This document shows, piece by piece, positions 1 to 8,620 of a stretch of 64,000 nucleotides of DNA. This DNA is from an uncultured delta proteobacterium (GTDB lineage Bacteria; Desulfobacterota; Binatia; Binatales; Binataceae), in the NCBI GenBank assembly GCA_963808235.1, contig CAWEEQ010000002.1, forward strand, positions 1 through 64,000, read 5' to 3'. The notes under the pieces are model-generated. The model had not been told where the DNA came from and did not search any database. It worked only from the letters and a program-made list of their open reading frames with translations. The translations under genes and the position numbers were made by a program. Within the stretch, counting starts at the first letter, position 1. Each line of letters opens with the position of its first letter.

Positions 1-8
1 AAAAATCA

Positions 9-270
9 ATGCTGAAACGTAAGGCTTGAGAATCCCGACTTCGTCCTCTTCACGCTCAGCGGTCATATAGACGCCGAGCATGCCGCAGAATTGCAACTGG
101 CCTTCGATGGAGAGGCTCTTCGAATCGTTTTGGATCTCCGAGAGGTGAAGCGTGTCGATCGGGAAGTGGTGGTGGATCTCGCGCGCTGGGATGGAGATAG
201 TATCAAATTCGAAAATTGCCCGGCCTACCTCCGCGAGTGGATTGCGAGGACTCAGATGGATCCTCGTTAG
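9..270 (+). pseudogene. Small STAS-like (anti-sigma antagonist-like) protein, frameshifted near the start
   Basis: ATG at 9 (MLK) is out of frame with VRLENPDFVLFTLSGHIDAEHAAEL...IVLDLREVKRVDRE...ENCPAYLREWI, which ends at TAG 268-270. One extra base near 18. Confidence 0.6.
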
Positions 271-274
271 GGGC

Positions 275-2006
275 TTTGAAGCGGTGTTTGTTAATCTTAA
301 GTGTTCTGATCTTGGATTCCAGCGTGGACGGACGCATGCTGAGTTCGCCGCGGCGCCCGTGGGGCCGGACACTTGGCCGCGTGTTTCAGCCAACGCTGTT
401 TCGATCAACGCCTTTTCCTGGGTCGCGAGCATTTGAACTAGCGGCTGGCTCGCGGGCACGGTCCGATCAGTGTCGTGGACAGCCAACTCTCGTCGACTGA
501 AAACGTTTCAGTTTCGCAAAGGATCACAGAGCGCTCGATTACATTCTGCAGCTCGCGAACGTTCCCTGGCCAGGGATACGATTGAAGCAGCTCCATGCTC
601 TCTTTGCTGATATACCGTATTTTCTTCCCCGCTTCGGTCGCGTAGCGGTCGATGAAGTACTCGACCAGGATCGGAATATCGTCCGTCCTTTCCCGGAGAG
701 GAGGAATCTCGATGGGAAATACGTTCAAGCGATAGAACAGGTCGCTGCGAAAAGCGCCGTTTGCCATGGCGGCTTTTAGATCTCGGTTGCTGGCGGAGAT
801 CACTCGGACGTCTGCTCGAATTGGCTGATTACCGCCGACGCGCTCGAACTGACGCTCCTGAAGTACGCGTAGTAGAGCAATCTGGGTCTCGTTGGGAAGC
901 TCGCCGACCTCGTCGAGGAACAGCGTGCCGCCCTCGGCCATCTCGAAGCGGCCAAGACGGCGCTGCGACGCTCCGGTGAAGGCTCCTTTCTCGTGACCGA
1001 AGAGTTCCGAGGCGATCAACGATTGCGGTATCGCCGCACAGTTCACGCTCACGAACGGCCGCGAGGATCGTAACGATCGCTTGTGGATCGCGCGGGCGAT
1101 GAGCTCCTTACCCGTTCCGGTCTCACCGGCGATAAGGATCGTGGACTCAGTCGGCGCAACCTTGGCGACTCGAGTTAAGACTGCTCGCAGAGTGGACGAA
1201 GTTCCGACAATCTCCTCGAACATCGAAGCCTTGTCGACTTCCTCGCGAAGCGCGAGGTTCTCATTCTGCACTCTCTCTTCTGCTTGTTTCAGAGCTTCGA
1301 TTTCAGTCCCCGTCACGAACCAACGAAGGACCCGTCCGTCACAGTCCCGAAGAGGGTTGAAGCGATACAGAAACCAGCGATAGAGACCGTCCTTCCCCTT
1401 CATTCGTGCTTCGAGTTCGAACTGCACAGCGCGGGAACCCCACTGAGGCGTGCTCGTCACCTTGTCCCAATCGTCCGGATGGATCACCGTCCGCTCAAAG
1501 TCTGGTTCTAGAAACTCCTCGAAGGTGCGGCCAAGATAGTCAAGGGTGGCTCGGTTCGCGTAGATACTGCGTCCATCGGGCTCGCGGATAACGATGAGCT
1601 GTGGAACGTAATCAACGAGGTCGCGAAGCTCCTTCTCGGCTCGCTTCAGGTCCTCGATATCCGTACTCGTTCCGAACCATCTGACGACGTTGCCATGCTC
1701 GTCGCGAACCGGTTCGGCTCGAATCAGGAACCAGCGATACTCTCCGTCAAACCGCCGCATGCGGGCTTCCGCCCCGCCCGGTTCTCCAGAAAGCAGAATG
1801 GCTCGCAACTTCTCCATCACGCTGGCCAGTTCGTCTGGGTGAAATGCGCGGTGCCAGCCCTGACCGAGGGTCTCGGCTCGTGAAAGCCCTGTGTAATCGA
1901 GCCACCGTTTATTGGTAAATTCATTGGCGCCATCAGGCAGACAGCACCAGGCCAGCGCGGGGATGGTATCGATCATGTTCCGGAGCTGAGCTTCCGATGG
2001 ATACAT
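275..2006 (-). pseudogene. PAS-PAS sigma54-dependent enhancer-binding protein; C-terminal Fis HTH disrupted by two frameshifts
   Basis: ORF 438-2006 has two PAS/PAC domains, Walker A GETGTGKE, GAFTGA and WPGNVRELQN. The HTH continues in two other frames (QEKALIETALAETRGQVSGPTGAA / ELSMRPSTLESKIRTLKINKHRFK) over about 275-470. Confidence 0.8.
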
Positions 2007-2303
2007 CTCGCTGAAACCTGCTCGATGATATAGCGCTCTTGAGGTGGAGGCGCGAGCGTTCCGACACCGCCAGGTGCTGCGACCTCGAAGGCGCAATTCG
2101 AGCTCGTTTGCGCATAGATCACGAAACATCGTTACTGCGCCCTACCCGCGAGGAACGACCAAAATTCGGCGGAGGTTATGCCAGCCTCCGGGAGAGTTGG
2201 ATATGCACCCACCACACCCTTCGCAAGAGTCTCAAAAGGTTCCGGCGGATTAGCCAAGCCTCGCCATGCTCTGACCTTCGCGGAAAACCGAAATCAAAAA
2301 TTG

Positions 2304-2321
2304 TGGGCAGTAATTGGGCAC
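2304..2321. repeat. Tandem TGGGCA(G/C) motifs 11 bp apart; candidate integrase arm-type sites
   Basis: TGGGCAG-TAAT-TGGGCAC, followed by AT-rich GTAAGTACCTAATAAATAA directly before the tRNA 5' end. Confidence 0.4.
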
Positions 2322-2374
2322 TCTGGCGAGCCTCGGATTGCGCGGATCGCCGTAAGTACCTAATAAATAAGGGC

Positions 2375-2470
2375 GGAGGAGGAAGGGGCCCGGTGGCCCC
2401 ACCGGTCTTCAAAACCGGCCTGGCGGCTAATATTGTCGCCGGAGGGTTCGACTCCCTCCCCCCTCCGCCA
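2375..2470 (+). tRNA. selC: tRNA-Sec (anticodon UCA)
   Basis: Anticodon arm CCGGT-CTTCAAA-ACCGG, long variable arm, T arm GAGGG-TTCGACT-CCCTC, 8-bp acceptor GGAGGAGG/CCCCCTCC (one A-C mismatch), ends GCCA; 96 nt. Confidence 0.95.
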
Positions 2471-2481
2471 AGTGCGGTCGC

Positions 2482-2550
2482 TGTACGGGGACTGTTGATC
2501 TGATCATCGGGGCAATTTTCCGGGACTAGGCGGGACTAGCCGGGACCAGG
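2482..2550 (+). repeat. Left end: terminal inverted repeat plus three 10-bp direct repeats
   Basis: TG end at 2482; CGGGACTAGG CGGGACTAGC CGGGACCAGG at 2521-2550. Confidence 0.8.
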
Positions 2551-2722
2551 GCGGACGGGCGGTTCAGAAACATCGCGGCGCGGCGCGGCTTTAAGGGCAT
2601 AGGCGATTTTCGGCGGGAGGTTTCCGCGTAGTCGAGACCGGGTTTGCGGCTTGTCCCGGCAATCGCATACATCACGGTCGCAGCGATTTGTTTGCGCGCG
2701 GCTACGCGTGCTCTGTGTCGCG

Positions 2723-2757
2723 ACGCTGAAAGCACGCTGAAAGTATGATCGTTTCAA
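2723..2757 (+). repeat. Subterminal motifs: ACGCTGAAAG x2 and ATGATC-N3-TCAA
   Basis: ACGCTGAAAG at 2723 and 2734. ATGATCGTTTCAA at 2745-2757 matches the motif at 2495-2507 (minus strand) and 16191-16203. Confidence 0.5.
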
Positions 2758-2838
2758 TGTCCGAGAAGTGAAACAGATTTGCCTTGAGACCGACGTTGTT
2801 GAGGATGGCGATCGCTATTTCGACGATTCCCATCTCGT

Positions 2839-3603
2839 TCACGGAATGGCGCTACCCTTCCAGATCACGCGGCCGAGAATCCCGAACATACTATCTTCAT
2901 CAGACGTGATCGCGACCAAATCAGGCCCGATTATGTTTTTGCGTTTCGTGCGGCGGACCGTCTGACCCGGCATCGATTCGAAGTCTCGATTATCGCAAAG
3001 CAGCCGGAACTTTCCGCTGCCTTCAGCCCGAATGCGGCGGACTAGAATCGAAGGGATGCCCGACGACGATATTTCACTTCCGCCCGCGATGGGTGTCATG
3101 AGTGCCCACACGCCATCGCGGAGATCGCGGTCGCTCGTATTGATCAGAATGAGATCGCCGCTTTCAATATACGGCGCCATCGCATCGCCGGCGGCTTCGG
3201 TGAGAAGAAGCGCCTCGGCGATTGGCGATCCGGGCAAGGATCGAATCCAGTCTTTTTTTAGTGCGAGATAATCGACGCCCTGGTACTCGATTTCGCTATC
3301 GCTCTTGTAGCGGCGAACCAAGGCGTATCCTTCGGGTAGAAGATCCGCGGCCATCGGACCGCGGCCTGCGGCGAGCCATTCGATACTGACGTCGGCGGCA
3401 GTCGCCAACTTAACCAATTTCTCTCGACTCGGTTCGGAGCCGCGAAGCCACAAGTGAACCGAGCTGTCCGACACGCCCGCGGCCTGAGCCAGTGCGAGAA
3501 CGCTTCCGGCGCGATCAATCAGAATCCTAAGTCGATCGGCAAATGACTTCGCGGAGCTGCCGCCGACCGTCGAGTGCGATAGTCTGCTAACTCTCCGAGT
3601 CAT
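2839..3603 (-). CDS. Phage repressor (XRE HTH + degenerate S24 domain)
   Basis: FADRLRILI...LAQAAGVSDSSVHLWLRGSEPSREKLVKLA...VSIEWLAAGRGPM HTH; S24-like GDAMAPYIESGDLILIN; divergent from ner. Confidence 0.88.
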   Translation of the reverse strand: MTRRVSRLSHSTVGGSSAKSFADRLRILIDRAGSVLALAQAAGVSDSSVHLWLRGSEPSREKLVKLATAADVSIEWLAAGRGPMAADLLPEGYALVRRYKSDSEIEYQGVDYLALKKDWIRSLPGSPIAEALLLTEAAGDAMAPYIESGDLILINTSDRDLRDGVWALMTPIAGGSEISSSGIPSILVRRIRAEGSGKFRLLCDNRDFESMPGQTVRRTKRKNIIGPDLVAITSDEDSMFGILGRVIWKGSAIP

Positions 3604-3653
3604 TCTGAATATACCTTGAAATAATCCTAGTTTTATGGAACTCTAGTCACGCC

Positions 3654-3872
3654 ATGTCGCCAGAAAAGCGAACCACGAATCGTGCGAGCGCGTCAACGAA
3701 AGACTGGTCGCGTGCCGATGTGGTCGCTGCACTGTGGAATTGCGGCTGGAGCCTTCGCCGTTTATCGATCGCAAACGGGCTCAAACCCGGCACTTTATCT
3801 AACGTTCTACGGCAGAGCTGGCCAAGCGCCGAAGCGATCATCGCGAAAGCAATCGGCGTATCCCCCGACTGA
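3654..3872 (+). CDS. ner: Ner/Nlp-family DNA-binding protein
   Basis: DWSRADVVAAL...SLRRLSIANGLKPGTLSNVLRQSWPSAEAIIAKAIGVSP is the Mu Ner signature; located between repressor and transposase. Confidence 0.9.
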   Translation: MSPEKRTTNRASASTKDWSRADVVAALWNCGWSLRRLSIANGLKPGTLSNVLRQSWPSAEAIIAKAIGVSPD

Positions 3873-3927
3873 TTTGGCCAAATCGGTACGCGCAGCGCGC
3901 CGAGCGTGCGCATAGGAAGGCGCGGCG

Positions 3928-6081
3928 ATGATACTAACGGCAAAACAAATCGGCGATCGGGTGGGCCTCACGCCTCAAGCGGTCAACCGGCGCGCGCGCC
4001 TGAACAATATCGCGGTTCTCCGAACGCTCGGCAAAGGCGGCGCTAATGGGTATGACAAAACAATATCAAATGCCTTCGACGATAAGCGCCAGCGTGCGAT
4101 CGTGGCGGCGCTATTTCTCCCGGACGGCGCGGCATCTGTGGCTTCGGAGCCATCGGCAGCCGAGGTCTTCCCCGCGGATATCGAAGAGCGGCGCGCATCC
4201 TTGTGGGAGTGCTACGACCGCGCGCCGGCGAAAAAGCGCGCGCGCGCCGATCACCGCGCGGAGATCGCCCGCGCGGTTGATGACCGCGTTGAGGATCTCG
4301 GCTGGACTGGCGCGTATGCGGTCGTGGCGGCGGCGCGTGGCTTGCCGATTCCGACGGTTCGCAGATGGGCGGAAAAAGTTCGGGCCTGCGATCCGGCTGA
4401 CTATCCGGCAATGTTTTTGGACGGTTATAAAGGCTCGCAGCGGAAAACCAAATTTGACCCGATCTTCGATCGCCTTTTTCGCGAGTTTTATTTGAGACTC
4501 ACACAGCCGGCCGCGGCTGTTGCATACGAAAAAGCGATCGCCGCCGCGGCGAATATGATGCCGGGAGATCGCGGCGCAGCGGCCCCGAGTCTCAAGACGC
4601 TGCTCCGCCGATTGCGGCGTGAAGTTCATCCGGACGTCATCGTGTTCAAGCGCGAAGGCGGTGACGCGCTCGACCATAAATACCCGCACTTGCAACGCGA
4701 CCGCTCCGTCTTTCACGCAACTCAGGCCATGAACGCCGACGGGCACCGATGGGATTTTTTCGTGCGCTTGCCGGACGGTGAAGTGTGTAGGCCGATGACC
4801 GTGGCCGTACAAGATTTGTATTCAAATCTATTTCTCGCCTGGCGGACCGGCCGTAGCGAAAATCGCGATGCGGTCCGCCTCGCATTCGGCGACGCCTTTA
4901 GGATTGGGCTTCCGGAGCACATTTTTTTAGATAACGGTCGCGGCGGCATGTCCAAGTGGTTGACGGGGGGGATGACTTTCCGTTTTCGATTTAAGATTAA
5001 ACGCGAGGACCCTGTTGGTCTTTTTGAATCGCTCGGGATCAAGGTTCATGCGACGCGCCCCTATCACGGCCAAAGCAAACCGATCGAGCGCGCGTTCCGC
5101 GATCTCGAAAACCACATGCGCGCGCGGCCCGAGTTGACGGGCGCATGGTGTGGCAACCGACCTGACGCGAAACCGGAAAACTATGGCAACAAAGCCATTG
5201 CTCTCGATGTGTTCTTGCGCGTGATGGATGGCGAAATCGCCGCATACAATCGGCGGCTCAATCGGCGCACCGAAATAGCGCGCGGGCTTTCATTTCAGAA
5301 AGTTTTTGACGAATCCTACGTCAAGTCGCCGATTCGCAAGGCGACCCAGGCACAATTGCGCAAGTGCATGCTGGCCATTGAACGCGTATTTGTTTCGCCG
5401 AAAGATTCGACGATAAACTTGTTCGGCAATAGGTATTGGTCCGAAGTTACGCAGCTCAATCGCGGGCAGCATCTCGCGGCGCGTTTTGATCCCGGTAATT
5501 TGCAAAATCCCGAGGCAATTTTTCTCTACACGCTCGACGATTCGTTTATCGGCACCTGCGAAGTGCGCGATGTGGTCGGCTTCAATGATGCCGACGCGGC
5601 GCGCGATTTCCACCGGGCCAAGAAACTACACAAGCGCGGCATTCGGATGCAGGCGGAGGCGGAGCGCCGCATGGACGATGCCGAACTGCGCGGCTTGATG
5701 GTTGACGCCGCGACGCCCGAAGCCGCCGCGGCGAAAGTCGTGCGGCCGTTTCGGCCGAAGGTCGCGCCGCCACGGTTCAAGCCGCCGCTTGAGCACGCCG
5801 ATCGCGCAGAAGTTGATGCGGCCTACGAGGAGCTGATGGCCGAGCGCCGGACGCGTACGCAGTACGATGAGGCGGCCGAAGTCGCCGGGGCCATCGCTGA
5901 TTATCAGAGAATAGCAGCCATCGCGTGCGAGCAGCGGACGAAAGAAGATTCCGATTGGCTCGAATTTGCCGCGAATTTACCCGAGATCAAGCGGCTCAAG
6001 CGGGCGAAACTTGAAAAAATAAATTCTGAAAATTGGAGCGACGACGACCGGGAGTTTATGGGGATAAAAAATGCCGGCTGA
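3928..6081 (+). CDS. muA: Mu-like DDE transposase (MuA)
   Basis: N-terminal Mu-type HTH; catalytic triad ADGH / LDNG / SKPIERAF; Mu transposase C-terminal GNRYWS...ARFDP. Confidence 0.95.
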   Translation: MILTAKQIGDRVGLTPQAVNRRARLNNIAVLRTLGKGGANGYDKTISNAFDDKRQRAIVAALFLPDGAASVASEPSAAEVFPADIEERRASLWECYDRAPAKKRARADHRAEIARAVDDRVEDLGWTGAYAVVAAARGLPIPTVRRWAEKVRACDPADYPAMFLDGYKGSQRKTKFDPIFDRLFREFYLRLTQPAAAVAYEKAIAAAANMMPGDRGAAAPSLKTLLRRLRREVHPDVIVFKREGGDALDHKYPHLQRDRSVFHATQAMNADGHRWDFFVRLPDGEVCRPMTVAVQDLYSNLFLAWRTGRSENRDAVRLAFGDAFRIGLPEHIFLDNGRGGMSKWLTGGMTFRFRFKIKREDPVGLFESLGIKVHATRPYHGQSKPIERAFRDLENHMRARPELTGAWCGNRPDAKPENYGNKAIALDVFLRVMDGEIAAYNRRLNRRTEIARGLSFQKVFDESYVKSPIRKATQAQLRKCMLAIERVFVSPKDSTINLFGNRYWSEVTQLNRGQHLAARFDPGNLQNPEAIFLYTLDDSFIGTCEVRDVVGFNDADAARDFHRAKKLHKRGIRMQAEAERRMDDAELRGLMVDAATPEAAAAKVVRPFRPKVAPPRFKPPLEHADRAEVDAAYEELMAERRTRTQYDEAAEVAGAIADYQRIAAIACEQRTKEDSDWLEFAANLPEIKRLKRAKLEKINSENWSDDDREFMGIKNAG

Positions 6082-6115
6082 AGCGATAGCCCTTGACCGA
6101 TGGAGGAAACGTCCG

Positions 6116-6916
6116 ATGTCCGACGCAGCGCAACCGATGAATCGCCGCAGTGCCGAGATTATTCCGCTGCGTTCCGCCACCGCGGGCGTAGCGTTCGAAG
6201 CGCCGGAGCATGTCGTCACGCCGACTGGCCGCCGCATTTCGAAGGCGCTCGCGACCGCGCAGACTTTCGGCTTGCCGGTGCTGATTGAAGGCGTATCAGG
6301 TTGCGGGAAAACTTCCGAGCTGAATCATTACGCGGCGACGCATGAAAACGTATCGCTTACGACGATGGCGCCGCATTGCAAAAGCGTGTGGGCGTCGCTC
6401 GACGAGCTGGCCGAATCGATCGGCGTCGGAAGCCATCAGGGGCAGGCGCCGCATCGGGTCGCGCGCGAAATTATCGGGCGACTCAAGGAACGTCCGGGCG
6501 CGCTGCTCATTGTTGATGAAGTTCAGCACCTTGAGGACGCGGCGCTCGAAGAATTGCGTTGCATCCACGATCGAACGCGGATCGGCTTGGCGTTGACCGG
6601 CTCAATCATGCTGTACGGCCGCTTAGTTGGCGGCGCGCGCACCGACAAGATGGCGCAGATTCGGTCGCGGATCGCTCAGCGCCTATCGCTGAAAATGGCC
6701 GCGGAAGGCGATGTAGATGCGCTGCTCGATGCATGGCGCGTGCGCGGACCGGCGGAGCGGAGACTATTGCACGAGATAGCCAAGAAGCCCGGCACGCTGC
6801 GCGCGATGGTGAAGACGCTATCACTCGCGATCGCGGCGGCGACAGCGGACGGCCGCAAAGCGGTCGCGATTGCGGATATTCGCGAATCGTGGGCGCTGCT
6901 GGGAGGAGTGGCCTGA
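6116..6916 (+). CDS. muB: MuB-like AAA+ transposition ATPase lacking the N-terminal HTH appendage
   Basis: VTPTGRRI, Walker A GVSGCGKTS, Walker B LLIVDEVQHL, QIRSRI arginine finger, KPGTLR; GGAGG RBS before ATG 6116 (alternative start 6071). Confidence 0.92.
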   Translation: MSDAAQPMNRRSAEIIPLRSATAGVAFEAPEHVVTPTGRRISKALATAQTFGLPVLIEGVSGCGKTSELNHYAATHENVSLTTMAPHCKSVWASLDELAESIGVGSHQGQAPHRVAREIIGRLKERPGALLIVDEVQHLEDAALEELRCIHDRTRIGLALTGSIMLYGRLVGGARTDKMAQIRSRIAQRLSLKMAAEGDVDALLDAWRVRGPAERRLLHEIAKKPGTLRAMVKTLSLAIAAATADGRKAVAIADIRESWALLGGVA

Positions 6917-7276
6917 ATGTCGAAACGGATCGACATATCAGCCGATGCGCGCGCGGTGATTGAAGAGTTTTTCCTCAAGCATAATTTCTCGCGATACCGC
7001 GAGCTGTCGCGGTTGCTCCGAAAGCGCCACGGCGTGCGGGTCTGCAAAAGCACGCTTCACGAATGGGGCCAAAGCTTGCGCGATGAGTTTGAGGCCGGGC
7101 TGCGTCTCGGGGTTCGGAGGCGCGGAATCGTGGCCGGCGCCGGCCAAGGGACGCCGATGACGACCAGGGCACTGGAACGGCTGGCTGCGGAATTGTCGGA
7201 GGCGGCAGAGGCGCAGCGTTCGGTCAGAAAACGATTGATAACCAAACGCCGCGCGCGGCGGGTGAAAACGGCATGA
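6917..7276 (+). CDS. DUF3486 / Mu gp27-like protein (putative small terminase-like)
   Basis: IEEFFLKHNFSRYRELSRLLRKRHGVRVCKSTLHEWGQ resembles the DUF3486 pattern (F.GY.EL..L...G..ISKSALHRYGQ); abuts the muB stop. Family assigned by eye. Confidence 0.6.
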   Translation: MSKRIDISADARAVIEEFFLKHNFSRYRELSRLLRKRHGVRVCKSTLHEWGQSLRDEFEAGLRLGVRRRGIVAGAGQGTPMTTRALERLAAELSEAAEAQRSVRKRLITKRRARRVKTA

Positions 7277-7950
7277 CGACAATGTCCAGCGCGAAAAAAG
7301 AATTATCGAACTCCGACGAGTTGCGCGGCCGGATCGAGGCCATGCTCGTACCGCAATGGGTGAACGTCGCGGCGATCGCCTTCGCGATCCCGATGTCGAC
7401 GGAGCAGCTGATCGAATGGCTTGCCGGCAATCCGATTAAGGGCAACGTGGCGCGGTTCGAGAAAGAGATTTCCGCATACCTCGAATCACGCGCGGCCTGG
7501 CTCGCTGAAGTGAAGAACGCAGACGCGAACCGGCGGGGTGAACTGAGATTTGCCAGAGCGCGAGAAATCAGAGAGCTGAGCGAGAAACTTGCCGAGGAAC
7601 CAAATCGCACGCCGTACGCGGAAATGCTGCACGACAGCATCGTGTTCGGCTTGCACGATCTGATCTCGCTGTTCGAAGAACGTGGCGCCGGAAACTGTTG
7701 GCAATGCGGCGCGACGCACGATGCGCCGGCGGCGACCGTCGAAACTCAAATCGAAATCAATCTGAGAAACGCCGCTTGGCAGACGTGGCCGGAGGAGGTG
7801 TTCCGGGAGCGGCTGCGCGCGGCGATGGTTGACGGCGAGCGCATCATGGCAGTTAACCCCGGTCGCGTTTGGATTCGGCGGCCGGATGGCAGTGTCTACA
7901 CCGCGCTCAGGGGCGCGCCCATAAACGGGGGCGGCATCGAAGAAGCATGA
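7273..7950 (+). CDS. Protein with MuB-N-terminal-like HTH fused to an unknown CxxC-containing region
   Basis: ATGA overlap with the previous gene; DELRGRIEAML...VAAIAFAIPMSTEQLIEWLAGNPIKGNVARFEKEISAYLESR; CWQCG. Confidence 0.65.
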   Translation: MTTMSSAKKELSNSDELRGRIEAMLVPQWVNVAAIAFAIPMSTEQLIEWLAGNPIKGNVARFEKEISAYLESRAAWLAEVKNADANRRGELRFARAREIRELSEKLAEEPNRTPYAEMLHDSIVFGLHDLISLFEERGAGNCWQCGATHDAPAATVETQIEINLRNAAWQTWPEEVFRERLRAAMVDGERIMAVNPGRVWIRRPDGSVYTALRGAPINGGGIEEA

Positions 7951-7966
7951 CGATGGAATCATCAAC

Positions 7967-8596
7967 GTGCGCCGCGCGATGCGGCGCTCTCTTAACATGG
8001 CTTCGACCGGGAGGCTGAAAAAAGTGGACGACAAAACGCGACCAGATCATGACAAGGAGATCGCTCGGATCATCCGAAAGGCAGCAAGGGAAAGCGCCGC
8101 CGAAATCCAGCCGTGCACCGCTTTCGACGCGCTGGCGATGCTCGCGCCGCTGGATGCTGAACAGCTGAAACTCATCGCCGATGTATTCGCCGCGATGCGG
8201 CCGGTTGCGAAGGCGCAAAATGACAGACACGCAATTGCTAGCGATTCCGCGCGCCCGGCAGCCGGAAAAAGCGGCGGGATCAATAAGCACAAATTGGCGA
8301 TCTCGATAAGGCTGGTGCTCGAAGCGATGGTCGCAAAGAACCGCACCGCGGACCCATATTCTATCGCGGACTTTGTGGTTGATTTCTATGAGAAATGGCA
8401 GCGTGACGGGCGAGAGCCGTCGCCGAAGCAGTTCGCGGGACGAATCAAGCCTACAATCAAGCCTACGATCGCGGGGGCTGCGCCTTATGTCGCTCAGCGA
8501 CGCCGCAAGCGGCCGAGCAACGTAGTCCCGTTCAAACCGCGGGCAGTCAACAAAACGGTTGACGCTCAAGAAGGGGATCCGAAGAAAGCGTCATGA
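7967..8596 (+). CDS. Hypothetical basic protein
   Basis: 209-aa ORF co-oriented in the early operon; start may be ATG 7997; basic C-terminus RRRKRPSNVVPFKPR. Confidence 0.6.
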   Translation: MRRAMRRSLNMASTGRLKKVDDKTRPDHDKEIARIIRKAARESAAEIQPCTAFDALAMLAPLDAEQLKLIADVFAAMRPVAKAQNDRHAIASDSARPAAGKSGGINKHKLAISIRLVLEAMVAKNRTADPYSIADFVVDFYEKWQRDGREPSPKQFAGRIKPTIKPTIAGAAPYVAQRRRKRPSNVVPFKPRAVNKTVDAQEGDPKKAS

Positions 8597-8620
8597 CGAT
8601 TTCGGCCACAGAGAAAGTGC

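Noticed and set aside
2039-2290. Possible tyrosine-integrase remnant (FRH and GYA fragments) next to the putative att
   Set aside because: No coherent H-x-L-R-H...LGH...Y pattern in one frame; too degenerate to support.
3928-6916. Tn7/Tn5053-type TnsB-TnsC
   Set aside because: Ner, the divergent repressor and MuA/MuB-specific motifs indicate the Mu family; no TnsA or TniQ.
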